Assembly: GCA_965655095.1 (NCBI GenBank)
Contig: OZ296649.1
Location: 117,428,001-117,492,000 of the forward strand
Origin: Haplodiscus bocki
Lineage: Eukaryota
Direction of reading: 5' to 3'
Length of the DNA: 64,000 nt
Each line of letters begins with the position of its first letter. Position 1 is the first letter of the stretch. The notes beneath the pieces were generated by a model that did no database searches, was not told the DNA's origin, and worked only from the letters and a program-made list of their open reading frames with translations. The translations under genes and the position numbers were made by a program. Positions 43,801-55,949 of this stretch are shown one piece after another.

Positions 43801-46800
43801 CCAAAAAGACGTGAACGGATCTTTAGAATGACTTGGAAAGATTGGAAATTTGATCTGCCAATATGGTAGAATGGTTTGCTAGTTATACAAAGTACGATTC
43901 ACTAACCATACATGAATCGGGATTCGAGACAAAAAGGGACTTTTCCAGGGCCTTTTCAAGCTTCCCAGTTCTCAGCAGCATGTGAATGAATCGTAAAGTA
44001 TAGTTGAATATACGCGGTTCAAATATTTCGATGACAGCAGAAGCGACAAGACCCAGAGACACAGGACTCTGATACAAATCTAACAACTTCTCAATGATTT
44101 CCTCGCTTTCGAAGTCTATCGGTCTACAGAGTCGGATGTCCAAAATTTTCGATATGGAATAAAAGAGCAGTTCATTATGTTCATTCCAGTTCAGCATTTT
44201 CATCAGCTTGATGCAATTTTCATGAGACTTTAGTGAGCGCATTTTGGAAGTTAACAAGTTTTGAATATTATATTTGGGAGTAATAAAATCCAGCATTATA
44301 AATGGACCTCGTGAAACTAATAACAAAATTTTGGTATGAGGTCGAACCGACCAGTTCGCAACTTCCACTAAACTCAGTTCGACCTTGTGACAAACTTCAA
44401 CATTGGTGACTTCTAACGACTGTCGCATGATTTGGTTTATGTTGAAATTTGAATCCTGAAAAGACACTGATTCTTTACAGAGAGCGACATCAATTGTGTT
44501 GCCACCAATATCCAAAACTTGTACTTGGCCTTTGTGACTGAAGAGAAAGACGACCAGACTACTGTAATGCCAACATATGAAGTCGACTGAGAATTTAGAG
44601 GATGATATCATTCTGTTGTGAGCCGCTATGTCAACTATCTCCAACTCTTTGTTAGAAGAAGCTACCGCGCAGTATCTTCCATTTGGAGACCATCTGCAAC
44701 ATTGAATTTCGCCTGAAACCAACTTTAAATTTAAGAAATCCATCTTCATGCTGGACACTTATTTCGGAAATGAACTACAATTCCAATTTTTTTTCAGATC
44801 TTAGTTGCTAAGACATATTAGACAATCTCAAAACATGAAATTCTATTAATAAATGTCGTAATTCGAAAACATTTTTGTCTCAGAACGTTCCAAGAGATAG
44901 TTTTAATCGTTGCATGTATTCGATTTACAGAATTTATACAATTAATCACTCTCTTGATGGAACTAGAGGCAAAAACTGTTTTGCATACGACTGCTGAGGG
45001 AACTTTTTACTAGATAATGGATGGCTTGCCAAGATATTTTCAACAAAAGTTTTTCAAAATTGGACTATCGAAATGAATAGTTTTTTTGAAACTAACAAAC
45101 CGATATCAGTTGAACAATGCTATGAAAAATATTGAAAACTAGAATAACGGCACAGTTACAATCAATCTACATAGAATGGGATTTTGCTTAAACCCTGGAT
45201 GAAAGAAATTGAGAGTACAACCTGTTTTCTGAACAAAATCGCCCAGAACTGAACACGAGTGGCTACCTGACTGTATTGGATAACATATCCATGCCCCAAA
45301 TCGTAGAAAAGGTGCTACGGTATGGCCCTAGACACCCGGTACAACGAAGTTCAATGAACAATATTTCCTTACTAATATCGATATCTTGTTGTCTGATTCC
45401 ATATCGCAGAACGCAGAGGCGAAAACGATCAATCAGATTAACTCCCTGACAGTAAGATATACCAACAAAATGCATGAAACGAGTCAAAACAACGAAATTA
45501 TCAAAGTCAAAAAAAATGGCTCAAAGACAACGATATCTTATCAGTTCCCTACGATAAGGGTACAGGATTTTGTCTGATGAAGAGAGAAACATACATTTCC
45601 GAATGCAACAATTTTCTAGCTCTTCCCCAATACAAGAAAGAAACCAATCTACTTTCAAATGAGGAAAAGTTTAGAGAAGAACTCTTACAAACTAAAAAAT
45701 CGAATTTGATCTCGGAAGAATTTTACACCGAGGTAAAACTAGTGAGTTCCCAACCAGCTAGATTTTATGGTCTAGCTAAAGCTCACAAAAAGAACACCCC
45801 GCTACGGCTAATAGTAGACATGCCAGGATCGACATAGCATGCTTTAGCGGCGGAATTGGGAAACTATCAGAGAAAGTTACCTGAGACTAACATAAACACC
45901 AATGTTAAGAAGGTTCAAGAAACACTGAAGGACCTGAACCTTGCTGATGATAACATCATCAGTCTGGATGTGGTTAGCCTCTTTACCAACGTGTCCGTGG
46001 CACACGCAATAGCATTAGCTACAGAGAAAATGTATGATAGTGATTGTGTGGAACCACCTCCAATGCTGGAGAACACCTTCAAAACGTTACTGGACATGGT
46101 GTCCACTGATATCCTTTTTTCTGACATGGATGGAGCCTTTTATCGACAGACAGACGGAGTCACGATGGGATCGCCGGTAGCTCCTCTGCTGGCTGACATT
46201 TTTTTGGCCCAATATGATGACGAACTGTGATCCAATTCAAAGATATATTTTCGCAATGTAGATGATGTCATCAGGTCACTGATAACTGGTGGAAAACAAA
46301 TCCTCTTGGATTTTGTCAACACTTGTCACCCCAACCTCACACTTACTCTTGAAGAACCAAATTTAGACAGACTACTCTTTTTTGACCTTTCCATGAAGAA
46401 GATCAACAGTAGAATTGTATCGACATGGTATCGGAACAGCATAGACACTGGTGTTATTTTGATATTCAACGCTTTTGTCCCCAAGATTTATTTGCCCGGA
46501 AACGTACCTGGCTTCGTGCATCGTATTTTTATTGCCTGTTCAAACTGGGAAAAATTTAACAGAAGTTGGGCAGAATCAGAAAAGATATTAACTAACAATC
46601 AATATCCTAAGCAATTCATCTCGAAAATACTAAACAGTACCTTCACAAAGATAATTTCTAACGGACAATCGAAAGACCAGTACAACATCTCAAAGAAGAC
46701 CAATCCTAAACTAAAGCATTGGCTATCGTTAGAACACCGGGGAAAATCTTCATAAAATTTTGCGCTCAAACTGAAGAAAATAATGCCTTCCGTGAACGTA

Positions 46801-49800
46801 GTCTTCACTACGAACAAATTGAGAAATGTAGTCTCAAATCTGAAAAGCGCCGTTCCGTTTGCCCTGAAGTCTCGTGTAGTGTATAAAATTGCGTGTCCTA
46901 AATGTCATAGGACCTATATCGGACAAGCAATCCGACACATTTCAATACGAGCAAAGTAACACGCTGCGAAAGGTACCCCAGTCCACACACATTTCAGCGA
47001 ATGTGACTCTGCCGTCTCAATTGAAGAACTAGAATAACGGCACAGTTACAATCAATCTACATAGAATGGGATTTTGCTTAAACCCTGGATGAAAGAAATT
47101 GAGAGTACAACCTGTGTTCTGAACAAAATCGCCCAGAACTGAACACGAGTGGCTACCTGACTGTATTGGATAACATATCCATGCCCCAAATCGTAGAAAA
47201 GGTGCTACGGTATGGCCCTAGACACCCGGTACAACGAAGTTCAATGAACAATATTTCCTTACTAATATCGATATCTTGTTGTCTGATTCCATATCGCAGA
47301 ACGCAGAGGCGAAAACGATCAATCAGATTAACTCCCTGACAGTAAGATATACCAACAAAATGCATGAAACGAGTCAAAACAACGAAATTATCAAAGTCAA
47401 AAAAAATGGCTCAAAGACAACGATATCTTATCAGTTCCCTACGATAAGGGTACAGGATTTTGTCTGATGAAGAGAGAAACATACATTTCCGAATGCAACA
47501 ATTTTCTAGCTCTTCCCCAATACAAGAAAGAAACCAATCTACTTTCAAATGAGGAAAAGTTTAGAGAAGAACTCTTACAAACTAAAAAATCGAATTTGAT
47601 CTCGGAAGAATTTTACACCGAGGTAAAACTAGTGAGTTCCCAACCAGCTAGATTTTATGGTCTAGCTAAAGCTCACAAAAAGAACACCCCGCTACGGCTA
47701 ATAGTAGACATGCCAGGATCGACATAGCATGCTTTAGCGGCGGAATTGGGAAACTATCAGAGAAAGTTACCTGAGACTAACATAAACACCAATGTTAAGA
47801 AGGTTCAAGAAACACTGAAGGACCTGAACCTTGCTGATGATAACATCATCAGTCTGGATGTGGTTAGCCTCTTTACCAACGTGTCCGTGGCACACGCAAT
47901 AGCATTAGCTACAGAGAAAATGTATGATAGTGATTGTGTGGAACCACCTCCAATGCTGGAGAACACCTTCAAAACGTTACTGGACATGGTGTCCACTGAT
48001 ATCCTTTTTTTCTGACATGGATGGAGCCTTTTATCGACAGACAGACGGAGTCACGATGGGATCGCCGGTAGCTCCTCTGCTGGCTGACATTTTTTTGGCC
48101 CAATATGATGACGAACTGTGATCCAATTCAAAGATATATTTTCGCAATGTAGATGATGTCATCAGGTCACTGATAACTGGTGGAAAACAAATCCTCTTGG
48201 ATTTTGTCAACACTTGTCACCCCAACCTCACACTTACTCTTGAAGAACCAAATTTAGACAGACTACTCTTTTTTGACCTTTCCATGAAGAAGATCAACAG
48301 TAGAATTGTATCGACATGGTATCGGAACAGCATAGACACTGGTGTTATTTTGATATTCAACGCTTTTGTCCCCAAGATTTATTTGCCCGGAAACGTACCT
48401 GGCTTCGTGCATCGTATTTTTATTGCCTGTTCAAACTGGGAAAAATTTAACAGAAGTTGGGCAGAATCAGAAAAGATATTAACTAACAATCAATATCCTA
48501 AGCAATTCATCTCGAAAATACTAAACAGTACCTTCACAAAGATAATTTCTAACGGACAATCGAAAGACCAGTACAACATCTCAAAGAAGACCAATCCTAA
48601 ACTAAAGCATTGGCTATCGTTAGAACACCGGGGAAAATCTTCATAAAATTTTGCGCTCAAACTGAAGAAAATAATGCCTTCCGTGAACGTAGTCTTCACT
48701 ACGAACAAATTGAGAAATGTAGTCTCAAATCTGAAAAGCGCCGTTCCGTTTGCCCTGAAGTCTCGTGTAGTGTATAAAATTGCGTGTCCTAAATGTCATA
48801 GGACCTATATCGGACAAGCAATCCGACACATTTCAATACGAGCAAAGTAACACGCTGCGAAAGGTACCCCAGTCCACACACATTTCAGCGAATGTGACTC
48901 TGCCGTCTCAATTGAAGAACTAGAATAACGGCACAGTTACAATCAATCTACATAGAATGGGATTTTGCTTAAACCCTGGATGAAAGAAATTGAGAGTACA
49001 ACCTGTGTTCTGAACAAAATCGCCCAGAACTGAACACGAGTGGCTACCTGACTGTATTGGATAACATATCCATGCCCCAAATCGTAGAAAAGGTGCTACG
49101 GTATGGCCCTAGACACCCGGTACAACGAAGTTCAATGAACAATATTTCCTTACTAATATCGATATCTTGTTGTCTGATTCCATATCGCAGAACGCAGAGG
49201 CGAAAACGATCAATCAGATTAACTCCCTGACAGTAAGATATACCAACAAAATGCATGAAACGAGTCAAAACAACGAAATTATCAAAGTCAAAAAAAATGG
49301 CTCAAAGACAACGATATCTTATCAGTTCCCTACGATAAGGGTACAGGATTTTGTCTGATGAAGAGAGAAACATACATTTCCGAATGCAACAATTTTCTAG
49401 CTCTTCCCCAATACAAGAAAGAAACCAATCTACTTTCAAATGAGGAAAAGTTTAGAGAAGAACTCTTACAAACTAAAAAATCGAATTTGATCTCGGAAGA
49501 ATTTTACACCGAGGTAAAACTAGTGAGTTCCCAACCAGCTAGATTTTATGGTCTAGCTAAAGCTCACAAAAAGAACACCCCGCTACGGCTAATAGTAGAC
49601 ATGCCAGGATCGACATAGCATGCTTTAGCGGCGGAATTGGGAAACTATCAGAGAAAGTTACCTGAGACTAACATAAACACCAATGTTAAGAAGGTTCAAG
49701 AAACACTGAAGGACCTGAACCTTGCTGATGATAACATCATCAGTCTGGATGTGGTTAGCCTCTTTACCAACGTGTCCGTGGCACACGCAATAGCATTAGC

Positions 49801-52800
49801 TACAGAGAAAATGTATGATAGTGATTGTGTGGAACCACCTCCAATGCTGGAGAACACCTTCAAAACGTTACTGGACATGGTGTCCACTGATATCCTTTTT
49901 TTCTGACATGGATGGAGCCTTTTATCGACAGACAGACGGAGTCACGATGGGATCGCCGGTAGCTCCTCTGCTGGCTGACATTTTTTTGGCCCAATATGAT
50001 GACGAACTGTGATCCAATTCAAAGATATATTTTCGCAATGTAGATGATGTCATCAGGTCACTGATAACTGGTGGAAAACAAATCCTCTTGGATTTTGTCA
50101 ACACTTGTCACCCCAACCTCACACTTACTCTTGAAGAACCAAATTTAGACAGACTACTCTTTTTTGACCTTTCCATGAAGAAGATCAACAGTAGAATTGT
50201 ATCGACATGGTATCGGAACAGCATAGACACTGGTGTTATTTTGATATTCAACGCTTTTGTCCCCAAGATTTATTTGCCCGGAAACGTACCTGGCTTCGTG
50301 CATCGTATTTTTATTGCCTGTTCAAACTGGGAAAAATTTAACAGAAGTTGGGCAGAATCAGAAAAGATATTAACTAACAATCAATATCCTAAGCAATTCA
50401 TCTCGAAAATACTAAACAGTACCTTCACAAAGATAATTTCTAACGGACAATCGAAAGACCAGTACAACATCTCAAAGAAGACCAATCCTAAACTAAAGCA
50501 TTGGCTATCGTTAGAACACCGGGGAAAATCTTCATAAAATTTTGCGCTCAAACTGAAGAAAATAATGCCTTCCGTGAACGTAGTCTTCACTACGAACAAA
50601 TTGAGAAATGTAGTCTCAAATCTGAAAAGCGCCGTTCCGTTTGCCCTGAAGTCTCGTGTAGTGTATAAAATTGCGTGTCCTAAATGTCATAGGACCTATA
50701 TCGGACAAGCAATCCGACACATTTCAATACGAGCAAAGTAACACGCTGCGAAAGGTACCCCAGTCCACACACATTTCAGCGAATGTGACTCTGCCGTCTC
50801 AATTGAAGAACTAGAATAACGGCACAGTTACAATCAATCTACATAGAATGGGATTTTGCTTAAACCCTGGATGAAAGAAATTGAGAGTACAACCTGTGTT
50901 CTGAACAAAATCGCCCAGAACTGAACACGAGTGGCTACCTGACTGTATTGGATAACATATCCATGCCCCAAATCGTAGAAAAGGTGCTACGGTATGGCCC
51001 TAGACACCCGGTACAACGAAGTTCAATGAACAATATTTCCTTACTAATATCGATATCTTGTTGTCTGATTCCATATCGCAGAACGCAGAGGCGAAAACGA
51101 TCAATCAGATTAACTCCCTGACAGTAAGATATACCAACAAAATGCATGAAACGAGTCAAAACAACGAAATTATCAAAGTCAAAAAAAATGGCTCAAAGAC
51201 AACGATATCTTATCAGTTCCCTACGATAAGGGTACAGGATTTTGTCTGATGAAGAGAGAAACATACATTTCCGAATGCAACAATTTTCTAGCTCTTCCCC
51301 AATACAAGAAAGAAACCAATCTACTTTCAAATGAGGAAAAGTTTAGAGAAGAACTCTTACAAACTAAAAAATCGAATTTGATCTCGGAAGAATTTTACAC
51401 CGAGGTAAAACTAGTGAGTTCCCAACCAGCTAGATTTTATGGTCTAGCTAAAGCTCACAAAAAGAACACCCCGCTACGGCTAATAGTAGACATGCCAGGA
51501 TCGACATAGCATGCTTTAGCGGCGGAATTGGGAAACTATCAGAGAAAGTTACCTGAGACTAACATAAACACCAATGTTAAGAAGGTTCAAGAAACACTGA
51601 AGGACCTGAACCTTGCTGATGATAACATCATCAGTCTGGATGTGGTTAGCCTCTTTACCAACGTGTCCGTGGCACACGCAATAGCATTAGCTACAGAGAA
51701 AATGTATGATAGTGATTGTGTGGAACCACCTCCAATGCTGGAGAACACCTTCAAAACGTTACTGGACATGGTGTCCACTGATATCCTTTTTTTCTGACAT
51801 GGATGGAGCCTTTTATCGACAGACAGACGGAGTCACGATGGGATCGCCGGTAGCTCCTCTGCTGGCTGACATTTTTTTGGCCCAATATGATGACGAACTG
51901 TGATCCAATTCAAAGATATATTTTCGCAATGTAGATGATGTCATCAGGTCACTGATAACTGGTGGAAAACAAATCCTCTTGGATTTTGTCAACACTTGTC
52001 ACCCCAACCTCACACTTACTCTTGAAGAACCAAATTTAGACAGACTACTCTTTTTTGACCTTTCCATGAAGAAGATCAACAGTAGAATTGTATCGACATG
52101 GTATCGGAACAGCATAGACACTGGTGTTATTTTGATATTCAACGCTTTTGTCCCCAAGATTTATTTGCCCGGAAACGTACCTGGCTTCGTGCATCGTATT
52201 TTTATTGCCTGTTCAAACTGGGAAAAATTTAACAGAAGTTGGGCAGAATCAGAAAAGATATTAACTAACAATCAATATCCTAAGCAATTCATCTCGAAAA
52301 TACTAAACAGTACCTTCACAAAGATAATTTCTAACGGACAATCGAAAGACCAGTACAACATCTCAAAGAAGACCAATCCTAAACTAAAGCATTGGCTATC
52401 GTTAGAACACCGGGGAAAATCTTCATAAAATTTTGCGCTCAAACTGAAGAAAATAATGCCTTCCGTGAACGTAGTCTTCACTACGAACAAATTGAGAAAT
52501 GTAGTCTCAAATCTGAAAAGCGCCGTTCCGTTTGCCCTGAAGTCTCGTGTAGTGTATAAAATTGCGTGTCCTAAATGTCATAGGACCTATATCGGACAAG
52601 CAATCCGACACATTTCAATACGAGCAAAGTAACACGCTGCGAAAGGTACCCCAGTCCACACACATTTCAGCGAATGTGACTCTGCCGTCTCAATTGAAGA
52701 TTTTGAAATTTTAGATGGCGCGAGAAACCAAAAGTTACTATTAACACTGGAAGCTCTAACATTCGGCAACAACAACCGTTACTGAATACGAAAGACGTTT

Positions 52801-54465
52801 CGAAGCCGGTCCTTATCCTATGTCTTCTAAGACCAAGAACACCCCCCCCCCCCAGCCATTACAGTCATATATTTCATATATTTCTAGCAGTATACCTGTT
52901 GTTCAAAGATCCTTTCCGATTGAAAAATTTGAACATTTTAACGTACAAAAATTTGTTGCAAATATGTTAAATGGATGCACTGATGATGATCTGAAATGAT
53001 CGAAAAGCTTTTCCTAAATACATTGTTCCTAATATTTTCTAGATTGAGAGTAGCTTACGAAAAAAATCTATTTTGAAAATTGACTGATAATGACATCAAA
53101 TGTTTATGAAGCAATAATTGGCCCTTCATTTTTTACAATTGAAACAAAACCTAGAAAAAGTGCTCCACTTAAATCAATTTACATATAGTAAGCTGTCGAT
53201 TACGCATTTGATAAAAGAAATTGGGGGTTTTAAGAGAACCATTTTCAAAAAGAATGGAAGGCAGCATTTCATGGCCACCAACTGACCTCTCTAATGCTTG
53301 AAAATGAACAAACCTTTCATTGCAATTGTCAAGTTCTCTGTGCGTTGCACGTCTTCGGCGAACACTAAAAAGGAGGAAAGTATGCATGTTGAGCTAGGGT
53401 ATGAAACTTTTTCTGCCAAATGGAACCCGTTTTGTGTAAAATCAAGGTCATAAATATCGTTTTCCAAGAAATAGGACCCGATGTCAACAGCGATTCCTTT
53501 AGTAGATACTGTAAAGACGACTAAATTGTTTATTGCATTCACTGGATCTAACTGCATCTGTCTGCTGTGATCCATGTATTGAGTCGAGTTAACCCTTACC
53601 GGGTTTTTGCGAGCATACACTACGATTTGGTTTCTGTCAGCATTGGCAGCAATGCGCCACTTCAATTGACGAACATCTACAGACGGTAGATCATAGAAGC
53701 TTACTTGAGGATCGTAATGAGAGAGCTTGATAACTTTGTTTCCAGCGAAGGAGACTGGTAGAGATTTTCCGAAAGATATGATAGATATTTTATTGTAACT
53801 CTGGAGTGTGAATGCGTAAAACTGGTCTGCCAGGACTGCATCCCCAACCAGATCATCTAAGAAATATTTGCTAGACAAAGTTGTATCGATGAAAATAATT
53901 TCAACATCACCTGTTTCGGAGTTGACATATATGTGAACAAAAGTGCGATTGGCGAAAGCCAAAATTACGTATAGCCGAGTTCGCCAGTGCACCGTTACCA
54001 ATCTTTGATTCCGGATCAAACTCTCAAAATCCGGCAACTTCGTTTTCAATCTAAACATACACAAATATTTCTGAAAATGCTTCAACAAAATCGCTGAGAA
54101 AATTTTAAGTTCCATACGATGAGTTAATTGATTTTCCTGAGAATATTTCATTTCTGTGAAAAATGAGAAACTCCAAGAAGAGCTCCTGAAAAACTACCAA
54201 ACCCATTCAAACCAAAATAACTGAAACAACTCAGAGGATGGAAACATTGCAGTTCTTACTTGTCGTTTCTTTTACTGGAGGGCTGAACAAGACATCCCCG
54301 CTCTTGCAGCGAGGAATCTCTGTGGAACGTTAAGGGTGTATCACACGTGTGCAATCGTTTGTCTCGGTAGCACCTGACACATGTACTTAGCTCTACATTC
54401 GGGAGCAATGAATCCTGATGTGACGAACTCCATAAACAACAATTGACAAGGATTCCACTGTCCAT
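40851..54465 (-). CDS. WDPCP: WD repeat-containing planar cell polarity effector (Fritz), 4 exons, ~715 aa
   Basis: Exons 54465-54260, 54050-53314, 44712-43907, 41249-40851 join in phase (2148 nt). Similarity to WDPCP/Fritz: KLKTKLPDFESLIRNQRLVTVHWRT, IFIDTTLSSKY..D.VGDAVL, WD-like CCRWSPNG and WHYSSLVVFLFSHKGQVQVLDIGGN, MNWN-like LNWNEH, RFIHMLLR, C-terminal FQFGIL. Confidence 0.88.
41416..42080. mobile_element. Tc1/mariner-type MITE in WDPCP intron 3
   Basis: TIRs CAGTAGTGTTTTGAAAGAATGGAGCT / AGCTCCGTTCTCTTAAAACACTACTG, flanked by TA on both sides. Confidence 0.75.
42570..43882 (+). mobile_element. Second copy of the short Helitron, split by the 42735-43779 insertion
   Basis: Aligns by eye to 39620-39887; 3' hairpin CTGCCA-ata-TGGTAG then GTTTGCTAG|T. 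The 5' end is uncertain. Confidence 0.5.
42735..43779. mobile_element. Non-autonomous TIR DNA transposon inserted into a Helitron copy
   Basis: Imperfect TIRs TAGGCGTCAAATTTAGGC / GCCCAAATTTGACTTACCTA; flanking duplication GTGA(TA). The paralogous empty site is visible at 39777-39797. Confidence 0.65.
45138..52700 (+). repeat. Tandem array of four near-identical ~1891 bp units (starts 45138, 47028, 48919, 50810)
   Basis: The ORF track repeats with period 1890/1891/1891. The only differences I noticed are a T/G near 45226 and a T6 versus T7 run near 46115, both specific to copy 1. Confidence 0.97.
52972..53020 (+). ncRNA. Minimal type I hammerhead ribozyme-like motif at the 3' end of the Penelope-like element (stem I degenerate)
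   Basis: CTGATGA (52980-86), T, stem II GATC-tgaaat-GATC, GAAA, palindromic GAAAAGCTTTTC stem III. This architecture and position are typical of PLE-associated minimal hammerheads. Stem I pairs at only 2 of 4 positions. Confidence 0.6.
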
Positions 54466-54824
54466 TGACACTATTGAATTAAAGGCTGGTTACGCAGTAT
54501 AAATATACATTCTAACTGAAACGTTATCTACTGCAAAAACAGATATCGTACCATATAACAAACTTCTGGATCTAATTCCACAAAAAAGTGGAATTCTACG
54601 TCACAGCAAGGTGAACTCCTGACTCATGCAACTTTACGTCCAAAAAACGAAAAAAAAGTTCGTTTAAGTTTGCTATTCCTTCCACTGGAGCAAAGGGCCT
54701 TGTGGAACAAGTTCTTTGTACTCGCTTTAGCTTCTGAAGATAGTTCCCTACTATAATTTTCCGCGCTGCAGTTAAACTTCACGGAAAAGTATTGAAAGTC
54801 AACTTAAACTTCAAGGAAAAAAGG

Positions 54825-55757
54825 GTGTCGTCTCACAGCTCCGAAAATAAATAAAATGTAGCTTAACTCCGAAAATTTTCAGTCACGTGACCCACGCGGC
54901 GTTAGTGTATACGGCGTTAGTGTTCATTTTAAACATCAGTTTGCACTAAAGTACACAATGCTTGAAATTCTTCAAGGTAAATGAGGAAATTTGAAAAAAA
55001 ACCCTGAATAAAAAATGAAAAATGTTTTCGACAACATTCTGGAAGAAAATCCGAGATAACTGGCTCCGGATTACAGATCAGTAAAAAGCAGTTTATACCG
55101 AATAATGACAAAAAAGTCTATTTATTTAATCTACAGTTTATAATCAACAATTTTAACAATTCCCCCTCTCATTCTTTATCCACCCGCTCCCCCCCCCCCC
55201 CCGTTGTTTCTTCACTCCCACCCCGCCCGTTGTTTCTTCATCACCCCCCCCCCCTCATTGTCCCCCCTCATCCGTTTTAAAAAAGACCCTATCATAGTAT
55301 TTTTGCGATGTCTCCAAAATTACGGTGTAAGTGGGGGAGGGAGATTGAATAAGTGGAGGGGGGTTAAATATTTATTTATTTTGAAATTATTTTGATTCAA
55401 TTTATCCTATTATTATTTTGAACACTATTTTGATTCAACTATTCTCAATTTTAAATATTTTACATTTTCAAGTTGATATCTGTACCTGTGTTCAATTTTC
55501 GGAGTAATGGGAAAATTTTAATTTCGGAGTAATGAATAGCTATTGGGATACGATAGCCCAAATTTGCAATATAAATTAATATATTAATACCAATAGTAAA
55601 AAGAATTTGCAATCTTTTCCGCTTTTATTTAATAATATTCAATCAATATTTTTCGGAGTTAAGCGACACTTAATTTAATTTCGGAGCTGTGGATCAGTTT
55701 TTTGAATTTCGGAGTTGTGAACTACTTTTATTATTTTCGGAGCTGCGGTATGGAATC
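54825..55757. mobile_element. Non-autonomous Mutator (MULE)-like DNA transposon upstream of WDPCP
   Basis: Imperfect ~55 bp TIRs (CAGCTCCGAAAATAA..AACTCCGAAA / TTTCGGAGTT..TTATTTTCGGAGCTG), G..C termini, perfect 9-bp TSD GAAAAAAGG at 54816-24 and 55758-66, and subterminal TTTCGGAG repeats. Confidence 0.7.
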
Positions 55758-55949
55758 GAAAAAAGGTGAGAAAATCTGGCACAAGTATCGGCCGAGACAC
55801 TAATGCAGCGCACTTAAAAAGTTTCCAGCTAATTCACTGTCAGAACATTTTTAGTCGGCTCTGAGTAACGCAACGACTACTACACTGCCTAGTATTTCTT
55901 CGCGTGAAACGCTCTTCTCACTTCGAATCGACCACTTCTTCGGCAAAAA

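Larger units (their letters stand above)
44800..53040 (+). mobile_element. Penelope-like retroelement (RT + GIY-YIG endonuclease), pseudogenised, internal part amplified four times; in WDPCP intron 2, antisense
   Basis: RT motifs PARFYGLAKAHKKNTPLRLIV, SLDVVSLFTNV, YRQTDGVTMGSPVAPLLADIF, degenerate NVDD, HPNLTLTLE, FFDL. GIY-YIG/CCHH region VVYKIACPKCHRTYIGQ..H..H. Several stops and frameshifts. Outer boundaries approximate. Confidence 0.92.

Noticed and set aside
45263-52775. Repeated minus-strand ORFs in the array as alternative WDPCP exons or a tandem gene family
   Set aside because: They are antisense frames of the Penelope RT fragment. WDPCP exons 2 and 3 join in phase without them.
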